A stretch of 64,000 bases of DNA from Candidatus Wolfebacteria bacterium RIFOXYD12_FULL_48_21 (GTDB lineage Bacteria > Patescibacteriota > Minisyncoccia > UBA6257 > UBA9933), in assembly GCA_001793945.1 (NCBI GenBank), contig MGIW01000003.1, positions 65,630-129,629 of the forward strand, read 5' to 3'. A program made the translations under genes and the position numbers. Every line of letters starts with the position of its first letter. Position 1 is the first letter of the stretch. Positions 39,280-48,453 of this stretch are shown here, piece after piece. The notes under the pieces are model-generated. The model was given only the letters and a program-made list of their open reading frames with translations, was not told the DNA's origin and ran no database searches.

Positions 39280-39591
39280 TTACTCTTGCTCCCCAAAAAC
39301 CGCAGGAACTTTCAAATACCCGCGTGCATGTTCCGGAAACGCATCAATAATATCTTTCGATGACCCATTCATCTCGCTTCGCGTATCCGCGTCGTCTTCA
39401 CGAAACACATTCCGCTGGGCGGTTCCTCCGGTCATCGGCTCCACATTCGTGGTATCCACTTCGTTCAATTCCTCAAAGTGGGTCAGGATTTCTTCCAGAT
39501 CTCCTGCGATTTTCTTTTTCTCGCCCCCCTCAAGGTCCATACGGGACAGTTTTGCCAGATATTCAACTGTCTCCTCGGTAATATGCGTCAT
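39280..39591 (-). CDS. gatC: Glu/Asp-tRNA amidotransferase subunit C
   Basis: VEYLAKLSRM, VDTTNVEP, FRED and YLKVPAV. Confidence 0.93.
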   Translation of the reverse strand: MTHITEETVEYLAKLSRMDLEGGEKKKIAGDLEEILTHFEELNEVDTTNVEPMTGGTAQRNVFREDDADTRSEMNGSSKDIIDAFPEHARGYLKVPAVFGEQE

Positions 39592-39695
39592 AGTTTCATT
39601 CTATATGATTTACATAAGGATGCAACATCCGATAAAAAAGACCTATTTATCATTGCGGACCATATCCGCAAATCAAAACAGGTTTTACTTTCCCA

Positions 39696-40136
39696 TTATC
39701 CACATAGTGGGCCGCGAAAGATAAATTGCCTACCGATGGACCACTCGCCCGGCGCATCTTTCGAAAATGCGTGTATGCTCCACCCATTAAGAATCCACTC
39801 AATGCGAATGGCGTACTCCGCGATAAAAAATACTTGTCGAGTCTGCTTGCTTAGCTTGCCGCTACGCAACGCACCAAGCAGATCCCCGTAGCTCGTTTGC
39901 GCCTTTTCACCGCAGCCTATCTCGGCGATGATATCGCGACTCGGCACAGCTCGCCGCAACACAGTACGGCTAAGCCGCGTGCCACTTTGAGCGCATACTC
40001 TTTCATTTTTGGTGATGTCCCGGAATGATGGGTCAATGTATGCTATCCCATTCTTTCCCATCACAAACTCATCGCCGACCAAGCACTCTTTGATTTGCGC
40101 TACGCGTATCAAACCTACACATCTCAATAACCTCAT
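39696..40136 (-). CDS. Hypothetical protein
   Basis: AAGGAGG SD 8 nt upstream of the ATG at 40136. Confidence 0.55.
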   Translation of the reverse strand: MRLLRCVGLIRVAQIKECLVGDEFVMGKNGIAYIDPSFRDITKNERVCAQSGTRLSRTVLRRAVPSRDIIAEIGCGEKAQTSYGDLLGALRSGKLSKQTRQVFFIAEYAIRIEWILNGWSIHAFSKDAPGEWSIGRQFIFRGPLCG

Positions 40137-40207
40137 GGATATATCCTCCTTGACCGCCATTTAAAATATCTTCACTTAGCGTATATCCCCGCTACTCCCT
40201 CGTCAAG

Positions 40208-40984
40208 TCACAGCACGAACAGCAAGAACAACACCGCTACGGCGATGCGGTACACGCCGAACGAAACGAATGTATTCCGTTGCACATAGCGAAGCAGCCA
40301 TTTGATGCTTACCAACGCCACGAAAAACGAAACAATGAAACCAACCGCCAGTACATCAAACTGGTCGGCTGAAAAATCTTTGTAGCTTTTAGACAGGTCG
40401 AGCACCGTGGCCGCCAGCATGGTCGGCACGGCAAGCAGGAACGAAAACTCCACGATAGTCTTGCGCTTCAAGCCCGCCAACATGCCACCCACAATGGTCG
40501 CCGCCGAGCGCGACACGCCCGGGACCATGGCGACCGATTGTGCTACGCCGATCAATGCCGCGCGCCAGTACGACAGGTGTGCCACATCTTCCACCGCATC
40601 TTCTTTTTCATTATGCGCAAACTCGAATGCGATCAACAATATACCGCCGACTAACAACGACAGCACCACTGTCATATTACTACTCAACAAGTATTGTTTT
40701 ACGAACCCGTGCAACAGCAATCCGAGTATGCCGGTCGGAATGAACGCCACGGCGATGCGCTTCATTACTTCCCGCTTTACGAACAGCGACTTCCAATACA
40801 ACACCACCACCGACAAAATGGCGCCGAACTGAATGGCTATCTCGAATGACTTCAGGAAGGTTGTCTGTTCAAGCTGGAGCAGTTTCGCCGTCAGTATTAA
40901 ATGCCCCGTCGAAGAGATCGGCAAAAATTCCGTAATTCCTTCGACGATTCCGAATATGATTGCTTGGAGTAGATTCATTTCCAT
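40208..40984 (-). CDS. uppP: Undecaprenyl-diphosphate phosphatase
   Basis: EGITEFLPISSTGHL, PGVSRS and FSFLLAVP. Confidence 0.96.
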   Translation of the reverse strand: MEMNLLQAIIFGIVEGITEFLPISSTGHLILTAKLLQLEQTTFLKSFEIAIQFGAILSVVVLYWKSLFVKREVMKRIAVAFIPTGILGLLLHGFVKQYLLSSNMTVVLSLLVGGILLIAFEFAHNEKEDAVEDVAHLSYWRAALIGVAQSVAMVPGVSRSAATIVGGMLAGLKRKTIVEFSFLLAVPTMLAATVLDLSKSYKDFSADQFDVLAVGFIVSFFVALVSIKWLLRYVQRNTFVSFGVYRIAVAVLFLLFVL

Positions 40985-41101
40985 ATAACAAATAATGATT
41001 TGTCATCCCGAGCGAATCCGTCAGCCGACGGAGGAGCCGAGGGATCTGCTACAGATTCCTCGGCTACGCGGAGTACCGTTTCGCTCGGAATGACAAGCTC
41101 C

Positions 41102-41878
41102 TTAAATTCCAAACGCACTCTTTGCATTTTGTACCGTCTGCTTGCACACTTCTTCAAATGGCGCCTTTCGTACTCCCGCGAGCGCCCGGGCGACTTCTAT
41201 TACATAGGAAGGCTCATTGCGCTTTCCCCGATATGGCTCAGGTGCCACGAACGGTGCATCTGTTTCGATCAATATGCGCTCCTTCGGAATGTACCGCAGT
41301 ATCTCGTCGAATTCCCGATTAAATGTGATCAGCCCGCCGAAGGTGAACGAGAAACCAAAATCCAAAAATGTTTTTGCGTCTTCCTTTGTTCCGGTAAAGA
41401 AATGCAGGATGCCCGGCACTTCTGCCGGCATGTCGGCTATCTGTTTTTTTATGACGCTTTTTACATCCGAAAATGCATCGCGGCAATGCACCATGAGCGG
41501 CTTTTCCAGCTCTATTGCCAATGCGATGTGCTGTTCGAACAGTTCTATTTGTCGCTCGCGCTCTTCGTTGAACAAATGCGGTTCCACGCGAAAATAATCC
41601 AACCCGCACTCGCCGATGGCTACCACCTTTGCATGCTTGCCTGTTTTTACATACCAATCGTAATCAAACACCTCCCGCTCATCGGGGTGCTGGCCGATAG
41701 TCGCAAAAACGCCCTCCGGATAGGCATTACACAAGTCAACCGCAGCTTGGGAATCCTTGCGGGTCGTTCCCACATTGACCATCCATATCTCTTTTTCAAG
41801 CGCTCGTTTGACGACCTCGTCCCGATCGGGATTGAATTGTTTTAGTTGCACATGCGTGTGCGAATCGATAAGTTTCAT
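41102..41878 (-). CDS. tatD: TatD-family nuclease
   Basis: DSHTH, AIGECGLDY, VHCRDA and ETDAPF. Confidence 0.93.
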   Translation of the reverse strand: MKLIDSHTHVQLKQFNPDRDEVVKRALEKEIWMVNVGTTRKDSQAAVDLCNAYPEGVFATIGQHPDEREVFDYDWYVKTGKHAKVVAIGECGLDYFRVEPHLFNEERERQIELFEQHIALAIELEKPLMVHCRDAFSDVKSVIKKQIADMPAEVPGILHFFTGTKEDAKTFLDFGFSFTFGGLITFNREFDEILRYIPKERILIETDAPFVAPEPYRGKRNEPSYVIEVARALAGVRKAPFEEVCKQTVQNAKSAFGI

Positions 41879-42054
41879 CTGTTTATAATTTGTTCTTGTC
41901 ATCCCCGTCTCAGCCGCTTGTCATCCCTGCGAAAGCAGGGATCTATACCACCGCAGATTCCTTCCGCCAGCAAGCGGACTAAAGGCACAGGAATGACAAA
42001 AAGTAAGTATTTTTTTATTTCTCGTACCTCTTACCTCTCATCTCCCACCTCTTG

Positions 42055-43053
42055 TTACAGCGTCGCTTGTCGGTGTTTGCGTGCGGCAAAATCATCTACC
42101 AGTTCCTGCACGACCACCACAAATGGAATGGCGAGGATCACGCCGATAAGCCCATACAGTTGATACCCCGCCACAATGGACAGTGCCACGATGACCGGGT
42201 GGATGCCCGTTGTTTTGCGCATCACCAGCGGAAGCACGATATGCGCTTCAAGTTGATGAATGACAAAAAACAGTATCAGCGTTGCTATGCCCAGCGTCAT
42301 GGATTGGGAGATTGCGATCAGAAACGCCACTGCGCCAGCCACAATAGGCCCAACGAATGGAATGATCTCCAACGCGCCCGCCAAAAGTGCGAGCACCAAC
42401 GCGTAGTTTACGCCAAGCAGTTTTAATCCGATGAACGATGTGATCGCTACGATCAAACTTAAAAATATCTGCCCCTCGAGCCACTTGCCTATTTTCTTTC
42501 GCGCACGATGCATGACCCCAATTGCATACCCTTCATATTCGATCGGCAACACGGCACGCAAAAACCCTTCAATGCCGTCGCGATACCATGCGAGATAAAT
42601 AGATATAACCACAACCGTGACGAACATGACCATATTCTCGAACAACTGCGGTATGAACTTGCCGATGGAAAATCCACCCGCGGTCAATGAATCACCCAGC
42701 CCGCTCAAGCCTCCGCCGATATTCGGTATGCCGACCAAACTGCCAAGTGCCGCTTCAAGCATGCCGACATTGTCCGCAAGGTCCTTCATTTCAATAAGCA
42801 CGATTGGCACGACCGTGTAGATTAGCAGTGCGACAATCGAAAATGCGGAAGCCATCATGAACAGAATCCCCATGATGCGCGGGATCTTTTGCTTTTCAAG
42901 CCAATTAAGTGGAGCATCCAGCGCGGACGAAATGACGATAGCCAAAAACAATACGGCAAACACTTCCCGCATGAAATACACCATACTGGCCGCCGTGACC
43001 ATAATCACGATACGCCACAACGAGTTCCAGGTTATATCCAAGTTCCGCTCCAT
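42055..43053 (-). CDS. AI-2E family (UPF0118) transporter
   Basis: WLEGQ, EIIPFVGP, QLEAHIVLP and GIHPV. Confidence 0.92.
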   Translation of the reverse strand: MERNLDITWNSLWRIVIMVTAASMVYFMREVFAVLFLAIVISSALDAPLNWLEKQKIPRIMGILFMMASAFSIVALLIYTVVPIVLIEMKDLADNVGMLEAALGSLVGIPNIGGGLSGLGDSLTAGGFSIGKFIPQLFENMVMFVTVVVISIYLAWYRDGIEGFLRAVLPIEYEGYAIGVMHRARKKIGKWLEGQIFLSLIVAITSFIGLKLLGVNYALVLALLAGALEIIPFVGPIVAGAVAFLIAISQSMTLGIATLILFFVIHQLEAHIVLPLVMRKTTGIHPVIVALSIVAGYQLYGLIGVILAIPFVVVVQELVDDFAARKHRQATL

Positions 43054-43173
43054 GGCTCCATTGTACTTTGTGCTTGACCTTTTTTCAATTGACTGTCATT
43101 CCCGTCCGCCAGCTGGCGGAGGAATCCACTTCATCATCTCGCCGCTCGCGGCAATTTAATTATTGCTATTTTG

Positions 43174-43244
43174 TCAGGCTGCCGGGAATCGAACCCGGAC
43201 CGCAAGACCCCCAGCCTTGAATACTACCACTATACGACAGCCTG
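43174..43244 (-). tRNA. tRNA-Pro(GGG), CCA not encoded
   Basis: CAGGCTG/CAGCCTG acceptor stem, TAGTGGTA D-loop, CAAGG-CTGGGGG-TCTTG anticodon arm, GGTTCGATTCC T-arm. Confidence 0.95.
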
Positions 43245-43421
43245 TTTTATTACTCATCCACCATACCGAACTTCGGTTCTTTTTTCAATAAAAGTTTTGT
43301 CATTCCGATCCGTCAACTGACGGACGAGGAATCTGCCTTCAGATCCCTCGGCTCCTCCGCCAGCTGGCGGATTCACTCGGGATGACAATGCAATAAAAAA
43401 TCCGCCATAGGGCGGATTTTT

Positions 43422-43625
43422 TTACTTTGCCGTTGCTTCAGCTTCTTTCTTCTTTACGGTGCGGATGCACTGGGTGCATGCGTTAACACGCAGACCTTCC
43501 ATAACGGTCAGCTTCTGAAGATTCGGATATCGTCTTGTTCGGACGGTCGGGTTGTAGTTGCCGCGGAGCTTTTTGCGCGCGCCGTGCATCATGGAACCTT
43601 TTCCGCAAATTTCACACTGTCTCAT
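43422..43625 (-). CDS. rpmB: 50S ribosomal protein L28
   Basis: MRQCEICGK...YPNLQ...CTQCIRT. Confidence 0.92.
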   Translation of the reverse strand: MRQCEICGKGSMMHGARKKLRGNYNPTVRTRRYPNLQKLTVMEGLRVNACTQCIRTVKKKEAEATAK

Positions 43626-43686
43626 AGTTTTCGTATATTACCTTAGATTTTTCCACTTGTAAAGCCCCTCGCGGGGCCTTGCAAGT

Positions 43687-43811
43687 GAATATCGGCTTCG
43701 TGATATCCCGACTGTAAGTCAGGTGGGTGAGTTCAACCGAAGCCCTAAGACCTCGATACTATTACTCTCCCAAATCAACATTGATAACTCGAGAATCATT
43801 GCCGATATTCT
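43687..43811 (-). ncRNA. Candidate structured RNA upstream of rpmB
   Basis: Perfect 10-bp closing stem starting 7 nt after TG-n-TATACT; internal hairpins; downstream hairpin at 43657-43685. Confidence 0.45.
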
Positions 43812-44037
43812 ATATTCAGTATAGCAGTTCCCCGTAAAAAGAAACACCCCAACTTCTGTCATTCCGGCCCACGAGCCGGAATCCACTGCCATTCTCGTGC
43901 GAAACGCACATTATGGTATACATTCCGCATTGGGTTGAACTGGATCCCGGATCACTTCGACAAGCTCAGCGCAAGGTAAGTCCGGGATGACAATGTGGAC
44001 GCATACCAAAAACGCCCCGAGGGGCGTTTTTGCAAAA

Positions 44038-44640
44038 TCATTCCAATATTCCATCCAAATTCACATCGTACAAAACCTTGTCTTGCACCAGCTTGTAATC
44101 AATCAATTCTTCCTTTTTGAACCAGAGCTCTATTTCCTTGTGCGCATCATCCACGGTTCCCGATGCGTGAAGCAGGTTGCGAATCGCGCGCTTATCTATG
44201 TCGGCCAACTGATATGAATCAATGACATAATCTCCACGGATCGTTCCCACATCCGAGGAAAGCGGCTCGGTCGAACCGGTCAGCTTGCGCACGATTTTTA
44301 CCGCGTGCACACCTTCCCACACCATCGCAACCACCGGACCCGAGGTCATGAATGTTTTTAAATGTCCGAGAATAATTCCCGTGATCTCATGCGGATCTTC
44401 AGACGGAGGCGTTTGCCCCTTATCCCGATAGCCCTTAATGGTCTTTTCGCCCGTGATGCGGCGCCATTCCGGATCTATCGTGTAATGCTTTTCGATGAAA
44501 GCAGGATCGGCAACCATCATTTTCATACCCGCCAACTTGAGCCCCGATCGTTCAAAACGCTTTATGATCTCGCCAATGAGCGAGCGTTGCACTCCGTCCG
44601 GTTTTACCACAACCAATGTTCGTTCTTTTTTCATGTTCAT
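44038..44640 (-). CDS. ndk: Nucleoside diphosphate kinase
   Basis: ERTLVVVKPDGVQR, SGPVVAMVWEG, GTIRGDY and NLLHAS. Confidence 0.95.
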   Translation of the reverse strand: MNMKKERTLVVVKPDGVQRSLIGEIIKRFERSGLKLAGMKMMVADPAFIEKHYTIDPEWRRITGEKTIKGYRDKGQTPPSEDPHEITGIILGHLKTFMTSGPVVAMVWEGVHAVKIVRKLTGSTEPLSSDVGTIRGDYVIDSYQLADIDKRAIRNLLHASGTVDDAHKEIELWFKKEELIDYKLVQDKVLYDVNLDGILE

Positions 44641-44747
44641 GAGTATTCGCGAATAATGCGAATTTAAAATTTAATAATGCGAATCATCCAATTCTACATT
44701 TCTATTAGCATTATTTGCCTACGATTTGCATTATTGGCGATCACTCC

Positions 44748-46145
44748 TTATTTTTTCTTATCTACCTTAATTTGCAATTCCTTCAACTGCTTTTCCGTGA
44801 ACTCCGATGGGGCGTCGACCATCAGGTCGCGGCCATCGCCGGTCTTCGGGAATGCGATGACTTCGCGAATGTTCGGTTCGTTCTGCAGGATCATGACGAT
44901 GCGGTCGATGCCCGGGGCGATGCCGCCATGGGGCGGAGTGCCCAGCTTGAACGCATCAAGCATGTGCCCATAATCGGCTTGGATCTTTTCGTCTGAATAG
45001 CCCATGATCTCCAACACCTTATGTAACGCTTCAGGGCGATGGTTGCGGATACTTCCTCCACCGATCTCGTATCCGTTCAATACAATGTCGTATTGATCGG
45101 CCAATATCTCGGCGATGCTTTCCTTGTTCATCAGCGAATCCATGTGCTCAGGTTGCGGAGCGGAAAACGGATTGTGCGTAAAGGTCCACCCGCCCGTCTC
45201 TTCGTCCTTTTCAAAAAACGGGAAATCGATGACCCAACAGAATGCGAGCAGGTCCGGATCGTTCTTGTCTTCACGAATGTCGGGCCTGTCGTTGCCGTAC
45301 TTTTCCATCGATTCCTTGTAGGTGATTCGCGGGAACGGTTTTTGCTGGATGCGCTTGTTCGGATAGTGCGTTTCAACAAGCTTGATGAGCATGTCTTCGA
45401 TGATGTCCATTACTTCCCCGCTTTTGGCAAAGCTCATTTCCATATCGAGCTGAGTGAACTCCGGCTGGCGGTCACCACGGGTGTCTTCATCGCGGAAACA
45501 GCGGGCTATTTGAAAGTATCGTTCCAACCCGGCCACCATCAGCAACTGCTTATATTGCTGGGGCGATTGCGGCAATGCATAACACTTACCCGGATAGATG
45601 CGCGACGGCACCAAGTAATCGCGGGAGCCCTCCGGTGTGGCCTTGCCGAGCGCCGGGGTTTCCACTTCGATAAAGTCGAGCTCGGACAAATAATTTCTGA
45701 AAAAGTTCACCACCTTTGCGCGCATCTTCAAGTTTTTTTCCATGCGCTCGCGCCGCAGATCGAGCGGGCGATATTTCATGCGGGCCTCTTCGCTGATCTC
45801 CCGGCCATCGGTATCGATCGGGATCGGCAGCTCTTCCGCTTTGTTCAATATTTCCAATCCTTCGGCAAGTATTTCATATGCCCCGAATTCCTGATCGGCG
45901 TTTACCATGTTGTCGGGCCTCTTGTTCACCTTGCCCGTCAAACGCACCACCCATTCGGCGCGCAATTCACTTGCCGCCTCGTGCACTTCCTGCGGTTTCG
46001 GCAAAAAAACAACCTGCACCAGACCACTTCTATCTTTCAGGTCGATAAAAATTAGCTTCCCGTGGTCGCGACGGTTTCGCACCCACCCTTCAAGCACGAC
46101 AGACTCGCCCTCTTTGGCGATCATTTCTCTAATAAGTGTCCGCAT
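44748..46145 (-). CDS. aspS: Aspartate--tRNA ligase (compact, no GAD insertion)
   Basis: RDHG, ALPQSPQQYKQ, FRDEDTRGDRQPEFTQLD and PPHGGIAPGIDR. Confidence 0.95.
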   Translation of the reverse strand: MRTLIREMIAKEGESVVLEGWVRNRRDHGKLIFIDLKDRSGLVQVVFLPKPQEVHEAASELRAEWVVRLTGKVNKRPDNMVNADQEFGAYEILAEGLEILNKAEELPIPIDTDGREISEEARMKYRPLDLRRERMEKNLKMRAKVVNFFRNYLSELDFIEVETPALGKATPEGSRDYLVPSRIYPGKCYALPQSPQQYKQLLMVAGLERYFQIARCFRDEDTRGDRQPEFTQLDMEMSFAKSGEVMDIIEDMLIKLVETHYPNKRIQQKPFPRITYKESMEKYGNDRPDIREDKNDPDLLAFCWVIDFPFFEKDEETGGWTFTHNPFSAPQPEHMDSLMNKESIAEILADQYDIVLNGYEIGGGSIRNHRPEALHKVLEIMGYSDEKIQADYGHMLDAFKLGTPPHGGIAPGIDRIVMILQNEPNIREVIAFPKTGDGRDLMVDAPSEFTEKQLKELQIKVDKKK

Positions 46146-46183
46146 AGTGGTACAACATTAGCATTTTTGCACCTCCTTCGCAA

Positions 46184-46221
46184 CAAAAAAAATCGCACTC
46201 ACCTTTCGATGAGTGCGGTTA
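46184..46221 (-). terminator. Terminator of structured unit 1
   Basis: CGCACTCA-TCGAAAGG-TGAGTGCG followed by a T8 tract on the minus strand. Confidence 0.75.
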
Positions 46222-46223
46222 CT

Positions 46224-46297
46224 ACGCTTCGTCAATTTTTTAGATAGTGTGGTTTTATTCCACCTTTAGCGTCGGTTATGCGTGCTCAAGCCCGACG
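46224..46297 (-). repeat. Structured module A, copy 1
   Basis: CGTCGGGC-loop-GC..CCGACG hairpin, GTGG/CCAC hairpin, then AAAAAATTGACGAAGCGT. Confidence 0.9.
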
Positions 46298-46304
46298 AGT
46301 ACCG

Positions 46305-46451
46305 CTACCCGTTGTAATCAACGATTAGCGGACATGTTACTATCGCCACAACCCCCACCAGGATTACAGCTGGGATCCAATGCCCGAACCCGAGTATTGA
46401 TATCCCCATACAAACCGCCATGGTAGCGGCCCACTGATATATAATTTTCAT
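46305..46451 (-). CDS. 48-aa two-TM small protein
   Basis: GAGGAGG SD; leader 39/41 identical to that of 46667-46948. Confidence 0.65.
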   Translation of the reverse strand: MKIIYQWAATMAVCMGISILGFGHWIPAVILVGVVAIVTCPLIVDYNG

Positions 46452-46503
46452 ACTGCCTCCTCGCCCGGTTGCCGGGCAATGTTTTTTTAAATGTGCACTT
46501 CCT

Positions 46504-46645
46504 TCGAATTCCCGTTCTGTGAACCGAAACTCGATGAGAAGGGGCAAGCGATAAAACTATCACTTGCCCACACGCTTCGTCAATTTTTTAAACAGTGTGG
46601 TTTTCTTCCACCTTTAGCGTCGGTTATGCGTTCTCAAGCCCGACG
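46504..46645 (-). repeat. Structured module A+B+C, copy 2
   Basis: A at 46572-46645, GGGCAAG/CTTGCCC hairpin B at 46542-46569, hairpin C at 46504-46534. Confidence 0.9.
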
Positions 46646-46666
46646 GTGCAACCACTATCACAAGGG

Positions 46667-46948
46667 TCAGATCCTTCTTACCCTTGAGACATAGCACAGC
46701 TCTACTCTTCTTTCTCCGCAGAGGCACTCCCCTGTGTCGAACACGACACGCCCTTCCTCCGTGAGCTTTCTAAACTTGCCGGTGCATGTTCTGCACCGTA
46801 GCCTCCCCGGCTCTTCCGGGTCCCTCTCTACCTCGATTTTCTCCCCCGGCAGGAGGTTTAGCTTACGAACCTCCTCCGCCATCTTTATAGACTTCTGGCG
46901 ATAGGGCCTGTCAGAAAACAAACTCAAGAACTTTTGAGATCCTTTCAT
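46667..46948 (-). CDS. 93-aa protein with CxxC...CxC putative zinc ribbon
   Basis: GAGGAGG SD; CRTC and CLC motifs. Confidence 0.65.
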   Translation of the reverse strand: MKGSQKFLSLFSDRPYRQKSIKMAEEVRKLNLLPGEKIEVERDPEEPGRLRCRTCTGKFRKLTEEGRVVFDTGECLCGERRVELCYVSRVRRI

Positions 46949-47037
46949 ACTGCCTCCTCGCCCGTTTACCGGGCAATGTTTTTGGAAAGATCAAATGTTA
47001 GGTTGGTTGTTTTTTACACTTCCATCCTTACACCCTT

Positions 47038-47066
47038 ACAATACCAGTATTCACAAAATGTGTCAA
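47038..47066 (-). promoter_or_regulatory. Promoter of structured unit 1
   Basis: TTGACA-17-TATTGT followed by GGGTGTAAGGATG. Confidence 0.7.
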
Positions 47067-47331
47067 CTATTCCGTCAAACTCTTAGTTTACTTTTCTTTC
47101 CTTTCTTATTTTTCCGCATAAACATTGACAAAATCCTTGCTTTTGGTAGTATATAAAAAACGGTCCTTTCGTCGACATATTCATATAATTACATTTATAT
47201 CATCTCTAATTAATACATTCCCTTTGTGTCATCCCCGCGAAGGCGGGGATCCAGTATTATATGGATTCCCGCCTTCGCGGGAATGACAAGATTCGGAACT
47301 GTTTAATTAGACTTGGTATTGTATCGCTGCC

Positions 47332-48060
47332 ATGCTTACAAAAAACCTGCAAAAGATCGGGCTCAATGAAAAGGAGGCAAAGGTCTATCTCGCTTCCCTT
47401 GAATTGGGGGAAGCCAATATTCAGCGTATCGCCAAAAAGGCGGGCATCAAGCGCACCACCGCCTACGATATTCTTGCCTCCCTTAAAGAAAAGGGCCTTA
47501 TCAGTACGGTTAAAAAAGATAAACGCTTCTATTATTATGCCGAAAACCCTTCATCATTGATGGCCGATCTGGAGGAAAAGCAGGAGGCACTAAAGAAGAT
47601 CATGCCCGAGCTTCTTTCGTTCGATAACCTCTTGGACCGCAAACCAAAGATCCGCTATTTCGAAGGAGCGCAGGGACTGAAAGAAGTCTATATGGACACA
47701 CTCGGCTATCCGGACCGGGAAATGCTTTCGTGGGTCGCCGAAGAAGCGTTTTATGATTTTGATGTTGATTTTCTTGAATCCCGTTATCACCCCACACGGA
47801 TCAAGAAAAAAATCTGGACCCGCGAGATCGCATCTGATGACCCTGCAACACGCGCCTATCAGGCGAAAGACGCAAGCAGTCTGCGCAAAACAAAGCTGCT
47901 TCCTTCGAAGCCGTTTCCCTTGGATGTTGGCATCAGCATCTATGGCGACAACAAGGTAGGAATCGTTTCCTTCAAAGAAGAGCTTGGTCTTATCATCGAA
48001 AGCGACAAGATCCACAACACGCTCAAAAGCATGTTTGAGTTCTTTTGGGAAAAGCTTTGA
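47332..48060 (+). CDS. TrmB-family transcriptional regulator
   Basis: GLNEKEAKVYLASLELG, IKRTTAYDIL and KPKIRYFEG. Confidence 0.9.
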   Translation: MLTKNLQKIGLNEKEAKVYLASLELGEANIQRIAKKAGIKRTTAYDILASLKEKGLISTVKKDKRFYYYAENPSSLMADLEEKQEALKKIMPELLSFDNLLDRKPKIRYFEGAQGLKEVYMDTLGYPDREMLSWVAEEAFYDFDVDFLESRYHPTRIKKKIWTREIASDDPATRAYQAKDASSLRKTKLLPSKPFPLDVGISIYGDNKVGIVSFKEELGLIIESDKIHNTLKSMFEFFWEKL

Positions 48061-48257
48061 CCCCTCTGAATTACAAAACCCCCCTTGTCTTGCCGTAAAC
48101 CTGACTATTGTCATTCCGAGCCCATTCGTCCGCCAGCTGGCGGATCAGGGTAAACCGTAGTCGAGGAATCCGCAGTGCTTTTACTACAGATCCCTCGGCT
48201 CCGTTTCACTCCACTCGGGATGACATGCCGAGTTTCGTAATTTAAAGTTGATAAGAA

Positions 48258-48292
48258 TAAAAAAAGGCGGAAAACTTTTTAGGTTTTCCGCC
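48258..48292 (-). terminator. Terminator of structured unit 2
   Basis: AGGCGGAAAAC/GTTTTCCGCCT with T-tract. Confidence 0.75.
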
Positions 48293-48453
48293 TCGTACTA
48301 CTCTACCTTTCTTGGTGGCTCCTCTGATCATCTGTCGCTTTTATTGCGTCCTTTTAGGACCTTTATTACACAACTCCGACGATCTCCATTGCCTTCCCCC
48401 GGCGCGGTTGCGTTTACCCGGGGCATACTTTCCAAGAGTGCAGACCTAGACCG

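Noticed and set aside
43687-43811. Retron msr-msd or SRP RNA identity for the rpmB-upstream RNA
   Set aside because: No reverse transcriptase nearby and no SRP GGAA-loop domain IV motif
45039-46055. Long antisense ORFs (for example 338 aa opposite aspS, 307 aa at 19484, 281 aa at 41000)
   Set aside because: Shadow frames of well-supported genes with no recognisable motifs
46224-46645. Module A as integron attC sites
   Set aside because: No convincing RYYYAAC...GTTRRRY box pair and no integrase in the window
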